A DNA stretch of 64,000 bases, taken from Lytechinus pictus (taxonomy: Eukaryota). The notes below the pieces were generated by a model. That model made no database searches. It was given only the letters and a program-made list of their open reading frames with translations, and was not told the DNA's origin. This document shows, piece after piece, positions 1 through 13,083 of the stretch; position 1 is the stretch's first letter, and the number at the start of each line of letters is the position of its first letter. Where the stretch lies: positions 44,084,001-44,148,000 of the forward strand of contig NC_087245.1 in assembly GCF_037042905.1 (NCBI RefSeq), given 5' to 3'. A program made the translations under genes and the position numbers.

Positions 1-250
1 CTCATTCAGCATCAGCATCAGCAATATACGGAAGAGAAGGTAGTCCTGTAAGTCTTCCGGTCGCTTCTTCTTAAGGAAATACAGACGATACAGCTTTGAG
101 GGTACGCTAAAGAGTTGGATCACGTGCTATATACATAGTGAAGATTGGACCAATGAATGTCCAATGTTCTTTTAAATGTATTTAGACTAGGTGCAGTGAC
201 CACTGACTCAGGAAGATTGTTCCAGTCATTGACAACTCTTTGACTAAAAG
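1..250 (-). mobile_element. 3' end fragment of a CR1-like LINE
   Basis: Minus strand of ~145-250 translates FSQRVVNDWNNLPESVVTAPSLNTFKRTLDIHW, the typical C-terminal motif of CR1-clade ORF2. A short (TGCTGA)n tail lies near position 1. Confidence 0.75.
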
Positions 251-306
251 AGTGCCCCTAAAAAAAATTCTATGAAGTGAACAAGGTTATGATATAACCT
301 TGTGAA

Positions 307-925
307 CATTCTATGAAGTGAACAAGGTTATGATATAACTAGGTTTATCAATAACCCAGGGAGCTCTTTCCCGCTTCGCGGGCCGGAGCCCAGGAGTCAA
401 CCGTGCATTAGACATAGACACAGGACTTGAGTAGATTGGGGTCTCAATAACTTACCAAAAAAAATGTGAAAACAGAAATTCTGCACTTACCACGATTATA
501 TGGATGAAGGTCTATCGTGTGACCGCATCCTGACATCGAGGCACAGACTGGAACCTAAAAAAAGAAAGAAAAGTTCTGTCGCGATACCTCTCTTAATTCT
601 TTCAAATTTCATAACAAAATGGCCGATCGAGACTGGGGTAGGAGAGGTATCGCGACAGAACTTTTCATTTTTTTGAGGTTCCAGTCTGTACCTCGATGTC
701 AGGATGCTGTCACACGATAGACCTTCATCCATATAATCGTGGTAAGTGCATAATTTCTGTTTTCACATTTTTTTTAGTAAGTTATTGAGACCCCAATCTA
801 CTCAAGTCCTGTGTCTATGTCTAATGCATGTTTGACTCCTGGGCTCCGGCCCGCGAAGCGGGAAAGAGCTCCCTGGGTTATTGATAACCCTAGTTATATC
901 ATAACCTTGTTCACTTCATAGAATG
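307..925. repeat. Long palindrome (foldback/MITE-like): ~285-bp arms, 49-bp spacer
   Basis: 307-592 is the near-perfect reverse complement of 642-925. The arm's outer end is also duplicated at ~268-298. Confidence 0.9.
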
Positions 926-3624
926 AGTGCTCTGAACAGTGTTGTTGAAATGCTTTTTCCTCAGCAAATTTATAATAAATTAGTCTAAATGAAAATATTA
1001 CTAAAGTTTACGATATTAGAATTGAATTATGTGGGATGAAGTGTCTTACCTTCATTTCATGTGGTATCGAAAGTGCCGTTTGGAGGTTAAATCCACAATA
1101 AATCCACAGAGTATTCTCACGTGTAATCGCTATGGGGATATATGCGTGCGGTCGCCTGCATTATTGCAAGCTCGAGATGGCGCTGTTGAACTTGGTCTGG
1201 AAATTCATAAAAATACACAAAAATCCTGCAGTACAAAAGTACTGCATGTATGCTCACAATAAAATCATAAAAAATATACTTCATGTCTTAAACGGCAGAT
1301 CACGTGCCCACACATATACTGATTTTCACGTAAAAAATCCTTTTTTCATGCCAAAAATATAGCAATAAATGTTTTAAAATTTATGTTTTCCACATATGGA
1401 ATATTTTTGCAACATCTATAATAGAAGAAATTGTTTTTTGAATGAATTCAAACTAAAATGAAGTTTATACATGCCTTAACTTTTTCATACTACTAAAAAA
1501 AAGTAAATGCGCCGTCAATCAACGTTTGTTACCTAGGCAAGTAGTGATGTTCTATAGTGAAGTTCGTTGGTGACGCGCCTTTCTCGCTAGACTTTACTCA
1601 GCCGCCGAATGTAATTCATTCTCCGCGCACGTGCATGTTATTTTCTATGATGTTTTATACAACTGAAATTAATTTATATTAATTTCTGTGATATTTTCCT
1701 GTTTATGTATGTATGAATTCTATTTGAAGTGAATGAATTATGCTGGTGTCCTTGCCATTGAGGAAAGATGAAGATTAAACAATAATGATAGAGTTGTGCG
1801 TGTACAAGGAGTGAAACAGCGCGATTGTTTTATGATCGAATGAAACAGTGTGCCTGTCCAGATAAAATTTATCTGCCATGTTATTTTCTATGATGTTTTT
1901 ATACAACTGCAATTAATTTGTTAGATTATTTTCTGTGATATTTTCCTGTTTATGTACATGTATGTATGTGTGAATTTTATGTGAAGTAAATGAATTATAT
2001 TATAAAGATTAATCCAAAACAAAGCATATAAGTGCCGGCTTCATTGTATTCATGATGAACAAATTAAGGTATAAAAATGCTTTTTTTTATTTTAATGACT
2101 TTGAGTAAAGAAGTAATCATCTAAATTGGAATTTAAAAAGACGTTTAGTATTTCCTGTACAGTGCACATTTTTTTTCTTTTTCTTTTCATTTCACATTCT
2201 CAGGATGCGAACCTCCACTTATTAATGAATACCATTAAAAACAAACATATTTAAAAAAACTCGCAGAAATTTTAGTACTAGTGCAACGGTGGTTTGGTGA
2301 TTTTGTTGTTTCATTTACTGGGAGGTATGACAGGCAAATACGCGGTGCAGATCTAACTTTTGCCAATAGGGGGGATACAATTTTCTCCCCAATCGGCCGT
2401 TAAAATCCGATTTTTTCTTTAACTATCAGCATTATAACCTTTCTTTTTAATTTTGATTTTTCGCACCGCCAGAAGGAGGGGGGGGGGGCGCCGCCCCTTA
2501 ATTGGGCCCCCACCTGGATCTGCCTATGGAATGGATGATGAATAAGGAAAGGGGAGAAAGAAAAAGGTGCCCCCTCCCCTAATATAGCAAATATTTGTTA
2601 ATGGAATTTTGTCGTTCATACTCAAGTGTGAGGACTTTTTTGTCAACTTTTCCTTGGAACGAAACTTGTGTAGAATGATTTTTTTCCTAGCAAAATTATT
2701 CCTTATAAATCACCTATTAGGGAAGGGGGGGGGGGTCTTGTTTATTTTTTGTATTGAATGCCCCCACTTTAGAAAATCCTGGATCCGCCCCTGAAACTAA
2801 ACTTGAATAGGGCTCCACATGAATGATTTTCAAAATTTAGCCATTTCCTATTTTCCCTGTTTAACACTGAGCTGAATAATTCAAATGCTTTCTTTCTCCT
2901 ACCACCATCGCTACCATAGGCGGATCCAGGGGTCCTGGTCACCCCCCCCCCCCCCTGGTGAGTTATGTATACCTAAATATATAATCAAACTACTTAAAAT
3001 CCCCTTTTCATGACAGTTTGTAAGAAAAAAATTGCTCGCAATTGCCATTCGCATTAATTTTTAAAAGTAGGCCTATGATAATTAATGCATCCAATTCATA
3101 ATTACAAAAGTGCTTAAAATGTCCAGTTTTAAGGCTTTAATATCAACAAATTTTGCGATCTCATTAGTCTTATTAGGTTAGTGAATAAGATAATAACATT
3201 TTCATTAATTCCTAATACCGTAATAAAATTGTCACTTTTTTTCAGAATGAAAGGTCAACATGTTTCTTTTCGTGCTTGTGAAGAGGAATTGGAAGACAGT
3301 CATTCAAATGATGAAAAAATGTCCTTAGAATATCCCGGTCCTAGGCCAGTATAACTTCAACTCGTGCTTTGCATTCTCATTTATTTTAAGAGCGATCCAT
3401 GTCCACTTCACAATTATTTTCCTAGACAGCGCTTTAAATAGTGTTTAAATTGACCGTTTTCACATCGGAATATCCAATATTTTCAGTTTGCGCTTCTTCT
3501 TTTGATGATAAAGTACAGTCCACCGACTGGTGTATTGTCGTACTATATTTGGCAGGTCTGGTGTGGAGTATGTACAGTGCCATTTTTAAATATTCTAAAA
3601 AGTTACTACTTGTAAGTGCAGAGC

Positions 3625-4143
3625 TCTAAAAAACCATGCTCCTCTCTTAGCGGAGCAGGATGCTCTGTACCTCTTGTTTGAAGAGGCTAACAGAGGTGAC
3701 ATTAGGTAGTTCATCTGTCAAGGAATTCCATAACCTGATGGTTTCTGGAAAGAAGGACTTCTGATAGATGAGAGTCCTTGCAAAAGGCATTTGGAATCGC
3801 TTGGAGTGTCCACGGCTTGATGTCATCGCCGGAGTCAGGAATGTATGTCAAATTTCTATATGCTGATTGACGATACGATGCATCATCATCATTTTGTATT
3901 GTGCCCTACGCTCCAAGAGTGTTGACCAAGCATCGATGTGACGCTGCTTGTGCGTTTGAAGTCACCAACAACAAACCTAGCAAAACGGCGCTGGACCATT
4001 TCCAGTCGATGGATATTCTCTTGGGTGTAAGGGTCCCACACAACACATGCATAATCTAAAATGGGGCATACTAAAGCCAAGTAGCATAATGTCTTAGTCT
4101 TTCTTGGACAAGGGCTGATGTTTCGCTGAAGAAATGCACTGAC
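3625..4143 (-). mobile_element. CR1-like LINE ORF2 C-terminal fragment (degenerate)
   Basis: ORF 3889-4080 reads ALVCPILDYACVVWDPYTQENIHRLEMVQRRFARFV, the post-RT region of CR1-like elements. Further downstream the minus strand reads SFFPETIRLWNSL. Confidence 0.8.
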
Positions 4144-5149
4144 AATAATGCGAGCTTTGCGCTCGCATTATTGATTTCCGTGATAAAATTGTATTTAGAA
4201 TGCTCAGATTCGAGATCCAAATCTAGAACACGCATGATTATTGAGATACGCTGCTTATTGAAAACATGCTTAAATTATATCGCTTCAGATCAGAATATCA
4301 AAAAATTTTCTTCTCGGGCTTCGTGCCTGCATTATAAATGTAAGACGATAACCAATTACCCATCCTTTTCATGATTTAGAAAACATGAATATAAAATAGT
4401 GTTCCGTTTTTAGGTCTATAAATCTCAATTTTTATCCGCTCGCGCTTCGTGCTAGCACTGTGTACCTATATTACTTATTCTAATCATGATTACACAAAGT
4501 GCTTTATGTTCATTTTTAAGGTCAGAATTTCAAACATTTTCAGCTCGCGCTTTGCGCTCGCATTATTTTGATTGAAATATGCATCATCTTCATGGCTAAC
4601 TGTAAACCACTATTAACAGGTCCCTTTTCGATCAGGCCAGAACGTATATTTCTTTTTTTTGTTCGTCCTCCGCACTTGCAGCAATTTTGGCATTCTTTGC
4701 CTCTAGTAATTATTCAATTGTCTGGCTGATATAAGAGTGATCATATTCTTTACAGTATACCTGCTTTCTATCCTTGACCAACATACCAGCCACCTTTTAA
4801 ACCAGCATGAAATGACAAATACCTTGCACATGAATATTTTACTTATTGTATTCCAAAACCAGGTAGAAATATTCAATTCAAGTATATGAACAAAAATCCA
4901 TCTCAAGTATAATGAGAGCATGGAAAACACTTCAATGTTTTCAGTTGTTGGAAACAATCTCCCAATAGCAATTCATTAAACATAACCGTGTCAGAACTTC
5001 CTTCACAATTAAAATCTGATTACCATGCACAAAACTAAACAAAACATATGAAGGAAGACAAGATAAATATCCATAATTTATTGTTCGAAATAGACATGAA
5101 ATGAAATACTCCAAAAATTTGCTTTGCCCAATTGATCGTGGGCCCGGCA

Positions 5150-5252
5150 GCCGCTATGCAGCGCCAGATCGACGAGGCTCTATCCCTTTAATCGTTGAAC
5201 GCCAAACAGGGTAGCAGCAACTCCCATCTTTTAACGTCTTTTGGTCTGACGC
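5150..5252 (-). mobile_element. SINE internal fragment
   Basis: Minus strand GCGTCAGACCAAAAGACGTTAAAAGATGGGAGTTGCTGCTACCCTGTTTGGCGTTCAACGATTAAAGGGA resembles conserved invertebrate SINE central domains. Recognised by eye only. Confidence 0.4.
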
Positions 5253-5334
5253 TTAAAATATGCTTTTTTAAGTATCATGGTTTTGATACAAACCTATTGC
5301 AAGCTTCAAAATTGAAATTCATTGCATCATTTAT

Positions 5335-5855
5335 TTTTGTCTCGCCCACCAGAGGTGAAGGCGAGACTTAGGGATCAAAATGTTGTCCGTCGTCCGTCCG
5401 TCACAAACCTAATGACACATAACTCCACAACCGTAAGTCGCTTTTCAACCAAACTTGGTTGGTAGATGGACTTGGGAGACCTGCATGTTATGCTGCAGTT
5501 AGACGTCACATGGTAAGGTCAAAGGTCATTTTCAGGTCAACGTTAAGTTTACATGCAAGACTCTCTTATAAACGACACATAACTCTGCAACCGTAAGTCA
5601 CTTTTCGACCAAACTTGGGTTGAAGGTGTACTTAGGAGACCTGCATGTTATTGTGTTTGGAGGTCACATGGTATATGGTCAAAGTTCATTTTGAGGTCAA
5701 CATTAAAGTTTATGGGCAAGACTGTTATGACAAGTGTTATTCCATCCCAGTCATTTCACAATAAAGTTTCGATACAATTATGTTGCGTGCCCTCGCAAAT
5801 CACAATATTTCTGGTTATTTTCGTAAGTGGGCGAGACACAAAATTGCTTATGCCT
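5335..5855 (+). mobile_element. Non-autonomous Helentron-like element (HINE / DINE-1 architecture)
   Basis: T-run, then subTIR GTCTCGCCCAC (5339-5349), a nearby inverted partial copy GGCGAGAC (5360-5367), a GTCC microsatellite (5385-5402), two ~160-bp tandem units, and 3' subTIR GTGGGCGAGAC (5827-5837). Confidence 0.65.
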
Positions 5856-5919
5856 GGGGGGTGGGGGGGTATGGGCCGGCTGTGTCCCCCTGGGTCCGCC
5901 AGTGACTATGATTACTTAA

Positions 5920-6520
5920 AGGACAAGTCCACCCCAACAAAAAATTGATTTGAATAAAAAGAGAAAAATCCAACAAACTTGATAAGTAATTTCATCAAAA
6001 TCGGATGTAAAATAAGAAAGTTATGACATTTTAAAGTTTTGCTTAATTTCATAAAACAGTTATATGCACATCCTGATCGGTATGCAAATGAGGAGACTGA
6101 TGACGTAATCCACTCACTATTTCTTTTGTATTTTATTGTATGAAATATGAAATATTCTAATTTTCTCCCGATTGTCAAGTGAAACAACGATTTATTCCCC
6201 CCTGAACATGTGGCGTAAGCATTGTTCAATACTGTATGGTTCAGTCAAGTCAGTCCTTATTGTCCAATCTGTAAAAAATGAAATATTATATCATTCAAAC
6301 AATAAAAAACAAAAGAGATAGTGAGTGAGGGACATCATCGACCGTCTCATTTGCATGTCACCGAGTTGTGCATATCAATGTTTTGTGAAAAATAAACAAA
6401 ACTTTAAAATGTCATAACTTTCTTATTTTAAATCCTATTTTGATGAAATTTTCAGTCTTATGCTAGTTTGATTTTTCTCTATTTATTCAAATCAACATTT
6501 TTCTGGGGTGGACTTGACCT
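5920..6520. mobile_element. Kolobok-like MITE family A
   Basis: TTAA|AGGACAAGTCCACCCC ... GGGGTGGACTTGACCT|TTAA, with long imperfect TIRs. Multiple copies in the window. Confidence 0.85.
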
Positions 6521-6524
6521 TTAA

Positions 6525-7113
6525 AGGGATGGTCCAGTAGATATAAATTATCTCAATAAATAGAGTAAAATTCACAAAGCAAAATACTAAAAATTTGATC
6601 AAAATTGGATAACAAATAACGAAGTTATTGAATTTTAAAGACTTGCATTATTCCGGTGAAACAGTACTAGGCATGTCTTTATGAATATTCATTAGGTGGG
6701 ATGATGATGTCATATCCCTACTTGTTTTGTATTTTAATTATTATATGAAATTGGTTTTATTCAAAAATTTTCTACCGAAAACTAGAACAATTCGATTGAC
6801 AACTGATTAAGTACATTTATGATTAGATATTCATTGCTGCAACCTATTTCATCAAAATGGAGACACATCATTTACACATGTATGAAGAAATGAAACATTT
6901 ATGATTTCATGTAATAACTTAAGAAAAAGGAAAGTGGGGATGTGACGTCATCAGCCCACCTAATGAATATTCATGACGATGTAATATTTATGAATTTTAG
7001 AATTCAATAACTTTGTTATTTGTTATCCGATTTTGATGATATTTTCAGCATTTTTCTCTTTGAATTTTACTCTATTTATTTAAATACAAATATTTTCAAC
7101 CCAGACCATCCCT
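6525..7113. mobile_element. Kolobok-like MITE family B
   Basis: TTAA|AGGGATGGTCC ... AGACCATCCCT|TTAA, largely palindromic. Shares its left TTAA with the family A copy. Confidence 0.85.
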
Positions 7114-7711
7114 TTAACAAAGATTGACATGATCGTCATTAAGATTGAGCTTGAATTATATTTAAAAAAGTCAGGAATTCATGGAAAGTTTGATGAAGGG
7201 TGCCCCCCATAGTTAGGAATTTCACAAAAAATAAAAAACAAACACCTCCCCCCCCCAAAAAAAAAAAAAAAATAGTTTTCTTAGCATTTGCAATATCTTG
7301 TACTCATCATAAAAGATAGTAAGATGAAAGGTTAAAACAAATTATGCATAAATGTACAACCAGACTTGAACCTGGGTCAGTATTCTGAAAATTGTGTATT
7401 TTAATTTTAATTTTTGTTGTCAAATGAGATATGCAATTGGCTTGAGCGACTTTAAGTTTTTGTCTTGCTTGCCGGTCCATGGGCACGATATGAGCACTTC
7501 AACCAGTCACAAGAATGTCTTCAAATCAAAATTACAATAAGATAGATATTATAAAAAAACTATACATATAAAAAAAAATGATTTTCAGAACACAGCTCAA
7601 GGATCCTCGTGCATGGGAAACTGAAGTGATAATAGTCTCAACTACTGGTATATTTTGTTGATTTCATCATTACAGAACAGCCATACTTTTGCATGTAAAG
7701 GCAGAGATACT

Positions 7712-9055
7712 GGGCAAGTCCAAGAATTCGCGCGCGTTACGTATGGGACATTTCAGAGGCTTTAATGACCTGAAAAATAGTGTTAAATTACTTTGATTAG
7801 CATGAATACCCTCATGATGGTAGACATCTAGGAGAAGAATAATCATGCAAAAAATGGTGACATATGACCTTCACCTTGACCTTTTAGAGAGAAAAGATGT
7901 GCCGTTACGTATGGGACGCAGAAAAAAGACAATTTTTAAAACATTTTTTCAAGTTGAGAATTCTCTGAAAGTATTCCATTTGACAACTTGTAACTTAGTG
8001 TGATAGAATTCACAACACTCTAGTATATCTGAGGCAAGTTTCATGTCATAAGCCAAAACCCTCTAATTACAGACTCTAATTAAACAAATAAATGACATGT
8101 TACGTATGGGACAGTTACGTATCCATGGGACATTTTGTCCCCATAGAGAAAGTACACAATTTTCCCCACAATTTCAAAAATTAAAATATTTTAAAATAAG
8201 GAAATAAAAGAGATTTTTCTTTTAAAATGTTCTATTGAGACATATTTGATATGACTGAAAAGGAAATTAGCCATTTCAACAATTTTTTTTCTTGTTTTTC
8301 ATAGTTTCATGAATTACTTATGTGTTTCTATTGTATTTTATTTTTTCATATTTGTCCATTTTCACATTTTTTTTGCTTCGATTGTTTTCATTAATCAGTA
8401 TTCATAACAAATCAGTCTTTAAAAACTAAAGAAAAGGTAAATAATCACTTTTTAGAGCACTCTTGAAATTTGTTTTTTTCCATTCACTTAGTACAAAATC
8501 TTCCCATTGACATTGTGTGTAAATGTCCCATACGTAACATGTTGTCCCATACGTAACAATTTTTTAATTAACTTTTAATTAAAAAGTAAACTATTTTTGA
8601 AACTTTTTGTGGTATAACATTTTCATACTTAATAAATTAGAACTTCCCAGAGATGCAACACTACAATTATTGTATTATGAGAAATAACTTCAAAAAACAT
8701 CCTCAAAATGTTATATGGGACATTCCATTCTTGGACAAGACCTAATTTGCATATTTAATTAGATGACACCACTTTTTTCCCCCAAAAGTAATAAGATGTT
8801 AGGGGGCCCATGTCCCACCTATGACTAAATCTCACAAGTTTTTTTTTGATTTTCTATGAGTTTTTATAATTGTCCCATACGTAATGCCCATTTTACCAAT
8901 CATGCAAATTAGGTGCCCCAAATTAGCATATTATCATTTTTTTCTTAATGAAATTTTAAAATTCAACATTTGGGCGTTCTTACCCCACCAAAGATAACTT
9001 CTTAAATTAAAGATGAAATTTTTCCTTCTAGGGTGACCTTTTCTTGGACTTGCCC
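7712..9055. mobile_element. Non-autonomous DNA transposon, Sola2-like
   Basis: 15-bp TIR GGGCAAGTCCAAGAA, 4-bp TSD TACT (7708-7711 / 9056-9059). Motif GTTACGTATGGGAC is repeated forward in the left half and inverted in the right half. Confidence 0.75.
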
Positions 9056-9242
9056 TACTCTTGAATTATAATACTACTTATGAAATAGCCATAAAAAAGA
9101 TTGAGAATCCAGCATCCATTTAACAGTCAAATAATGAATTTCTCTCAGGCCGTAGTTTATGTGTGCAATTTAGTGATCTCAGTGATTAGTGTTTCTCAAT
9201 TTGCTTTTATTCTTTTATCATTGAATCTAGATACATCTAACA

Positions 9243-9935
9243 ATGGCAGGTACTATGAAATACTGGAAGGAGGCAGCGACACTGATCATTGCAGCCAGGT
9301 CAAAGACTCCTATTTCCAACTACATAGGCAACAAGAAATTCACCTTTGATTACCAAATTCTCATGCTTCAGAGAAATGCCAAAGCAGGTTTTTTCCCATC
9401 TGCTCAGGTCTTCCCCGGTGGACAGATAGACAAGGCAGATTTTAGTCCAGCTTGGTTGGATATCTTTAAGAAGTATGGCAATGTTCACAAAAAAGAGGAC
9501 TTTGGTAGGATGGTCAGTATAGAAGGGATAAGACCTTCCATTCTTGCAAGCGATCACCAGTCTCCAGTTCCTATTGATGTTGCCTTTAGGATATGTGCCA
9601 TCCGGGAGACTTTTGAAGAGTGTGGGATCCTGTTACTCAAGAAAGCTAGAGACATATTGTCAAACCCAGATACGGTGACACTCAGCAGCTGTAAAGCAAA
9701 AGGCAATGCAGATCTAGCGCTCTGGCGAGAACGAGTCCGCAACGATGCCAGTAGCTTTATGTCCCTTTGCACTGAAGTAGGCGGTGTCCCAGATGTTTGG
9801 TCATTAGGGGAATGGTCAAATTGGTTAACTCCTTCGGACTTCACAACCAGACGTTTTGACACAATATTCTACATTACCTGCATGGACGAACTACCAGAGG
9901 CCCTAGAGGATACAAGTGAAATTGTGCAAACCAAA
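9243..9935 (+). CDS. NUDT19: NUDT19-like acyl-CoA diphosphatase, coding exon 1
   Basis: WKEAATLI, MLQRN..FFPSAQVFPGG, split Nudix box FPGGQIDKAD...AFRICAIRETFEECGILL, WSNWLTP, RRFDTIFY. Donor GTGAG at 9936 (phase 0). Acceptor-like polypyrimidine+AG at 9229-9230. Confidence 0.92.
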
Positions 9936-12933
9936 GTGAGAATAATAATGAAATACAGAGAAAAATAACATCTTTTTCCTGTGCTATATTAAAGCCAATT
10001 ATTAACTATTTATGAATGACATTTTTGGTTTTTCAGTGTCTCAGTAAAGTAAACCCTCTCTTTTTTAGGTTTAAGAAATTCATGTACGTGTATATGTATA
10101 TGAAAAACAAATTACATACATGTATGAATTCCAGATCTGTACATCAGACTAAGAGTCAGATTTTGATAAGATTTCTAGGAATCCAATTGTGTAATATTAC
10201 TGTGTGATATTAACCCTAATAGTTACTGGATATTTTACAGGAATGCCAGGAAGATTCAGGCCCTGGCAACTGCCCATCTCAGGGTTTATATTGTACAGCA
10301 CATATTTGGCTTTACAATGTTCTGACTTCTTTTCAGGCCCAGTGATAAAACTGACTGATCATCCTAAACATTCATGAAATTCTGTAACAGTACATAAAGC
10401 CCTTGAACTCCTGATTTGTTTTATTTAGAGACCTATTTTAGGATTGTGAATGTACTTTGTTTTTGGATGTTCTTATGTTTCTTTGTTTTTTGGTCTTATT
10501 GAATTGTTTTTTTTTCTTCAAATTAACTTGCTGATAGTGGTGATACTTTTCAGATCATAAACAATATGAAATCAATAGATTGTAGTTATGAATTTTGGCT
10601 AGAAACAGAATTTGCATTTGAACATACATGTATATGAAATTACATTGTTTTGTGATTTTGTGTCTGACACACACTATATTGTTGGATACTTTGGGAACTG
10701 CCTTGTCTTGCATTGTTAATTTGGTCAAAAAAGTTGCACAAAAATACTTGAAAAAAAATCATGAAATGATGGCGTGCAAACATTTCATGTTTTAGTAATT
10801 TATTGCACAAAATGACACCCCCCCCCTTGGAATTGTGGATTTGACATTTTGAGCAAGTTTTAAAAGATTTTTTTATTCTTGTCATTTAGTGCACAAAATG
10901 TCACCCTACACCCTGTTACACCTACAAATGTAATAACACCCACAAATGTAACAAGACTTTACCCTCAAATGTAATAACACTCACAAATGTAACAAGACTT
11001 TACCCTCAAATGTAATAACACTCACAAATGTAACAAGACTTTACCCACAAATGTAATAACACCCACAAAGGTAACAAGACTTTACCCACAAATGTAATAA
11101 CACTCACAAATGTAACAAGACTTTACCCACAAATGTAATAACACCCTCGAATGTAATAACACTTTACCCACAAATGTAATAATTTCACCCACAAATGTAA
11201 TAATGCACTTTACCCACAAATGTAATATTTTTTTATCACCCACAAATGTAATTACATGTATGACTTTACCCACAAATGTAATAAATTTGAAGGGATATTT
11301 ATGATGAATTTGTTCTAAACTAAAACCCTGTAGTAATGCATTCATACAGCACAAAGGTTATTTTTAAACATTCAACAAATCTTCCAAAAAATGGCCACAC
11401 AATCTTATTAATGTTGAATAACATGATAATAAAATGTAGTCTTTCCTCCAGACCCGATTATTTCAACAAAAAAAAAGTCATGTTGAATAACATAAAAATA
11501 TAGCATAGTCTTTCCTCTAAACCCAGTTATTCAAAATGATAAATAACAATACCAAAAAACCAGTATAAAGACCCCAGAATCTTATTAATGTTGAATAACA
11601 TGGAAATATAGTGTAGTCTTTCAGCCAGACCCAGTTGTTTCAAAATTATGAATAACAATACAACAACAAAAACAGTATAAAGACTTATTAATGTTGAATA
11701 AAATGGAAATATAGCATAGTCTTTCCTCCAAACCCTGTTATTTCAAAATTATGAATAATAATAAAAAACACTATAAAGACCTCATAATCTTAGTCTTTCA
11801 ACCAGTATTTTTTTCTTCAAAATAATGCTAATAGTAATGATAAAAAACCTCAAAATCTATAAGACCAACAAATCCTTAAAACTAAGAACCTGTAATAAAA
11901 CTGAGGTTTAGAGGTTGTCTTTATTCCAGACCTAGTCATTGAAAAAATTACGAAAACAAAACCTAAAGTAAGACCCTATCACAGCCATTCTCAATTACTT
12001 TTTTTGAAGCGCCAATTTCTTGTTGAGAATCTGTAATGCTCCACTATCCATTACGCAAACCAGCAATGTATCAGCGGAGGGGATCCAGAGACCCCTGGTG
12101 GGGGTCGAGGGGGCAGAGCCCCCAGAAGTTTTGGAATATGAGGCCTTTTAAATTGCCCAGAGGGGCTCTAATTAATATCAACAGAAGAAATACAAATGCC
12201 AACAAACTACACAATATCAATATTAAAAGAAAAATTACCAGTGACTTTTTCACAACATACCAATGATACCACTAGTTCAAACTGTTTTGCACCAGATCTA
12301 TTGGCTGAAGCAAGTGGTGTAATGAGTAAAAAAAAATGAGGGGGCTAGATATGGCAGCTGAAGCAAAAATATTGATCTTTTCAATACAAAAATCTATATT
12401 TTGACATAATATTAAGAAAATACAATGTTCCACTCTTTCCCTTTCCTTTTCTCTTTTTTTTTCTTGGCCATGAAACACTTGGGGGGCCCCCATCCCCACC
12501 CACATCTGTACGCCAGTGGCTGAAGTTACGTTCCCCGATTTTGCAAGGGCTGAAAATTAGGCTTTGCACTGCACTAACGCCCCAAACTGCCCCTCTCTCT
12601 CTACAACTCGTGTTAAGCAAGAGTACATGCAGGCAATCACGGCAGGCAATACATCTGACCATACATGTATTTCACTTTTACAACTTCGGATTTTAATCGG
12701 CTCCGGAAACAAAGTTTCTGTTTGTAATGTCCCAAATTCATAATCTTTTATGATCAGGATGTACTTTGAATATCCTATTATTTGATGTTTAACTCCTAAC
12801 CAAAACGTATACTCTGGAAATGCAAAATTTCTCGCCGTTGAAAGAGAAATCCTACAAACGGGTTTCCAAATCACTTATGTGGCACATAAACTTTGTACAG
12901 CATAGAATGAATAAAAAGGAGAACTCCATCGAT

Positions 12934-13044
12934 CAGGGGCGTCGATCCATTTTTTAGATTGGGGGGGGGCAAAATCATGAATCCAAACGTTCCAAAGGCG
13001 CTCGATCATACAAAACAAACAACCTCACCCATACATAGGCATAT

Positions 13045-13083
<39 letters not shown>

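Noticed and set aside
4703..4957. Possible exon on the minus strand
   Set aside because: No recognisable homology; lies among nested TE fragments.
5912..6229. Recurrent ORF (also 17286-17567, 32054-32383) suggesting a small gene family
   Set aside because: These are chance ORFs within copies of the same non-coding MITE.
10914..11283. Short repeats with variable linkers resembling CRISPR or iterons
   Set aside because: The linkers are themselves repetitive and the array is mirrored at 16302-16495, so it is a foldback TIR.
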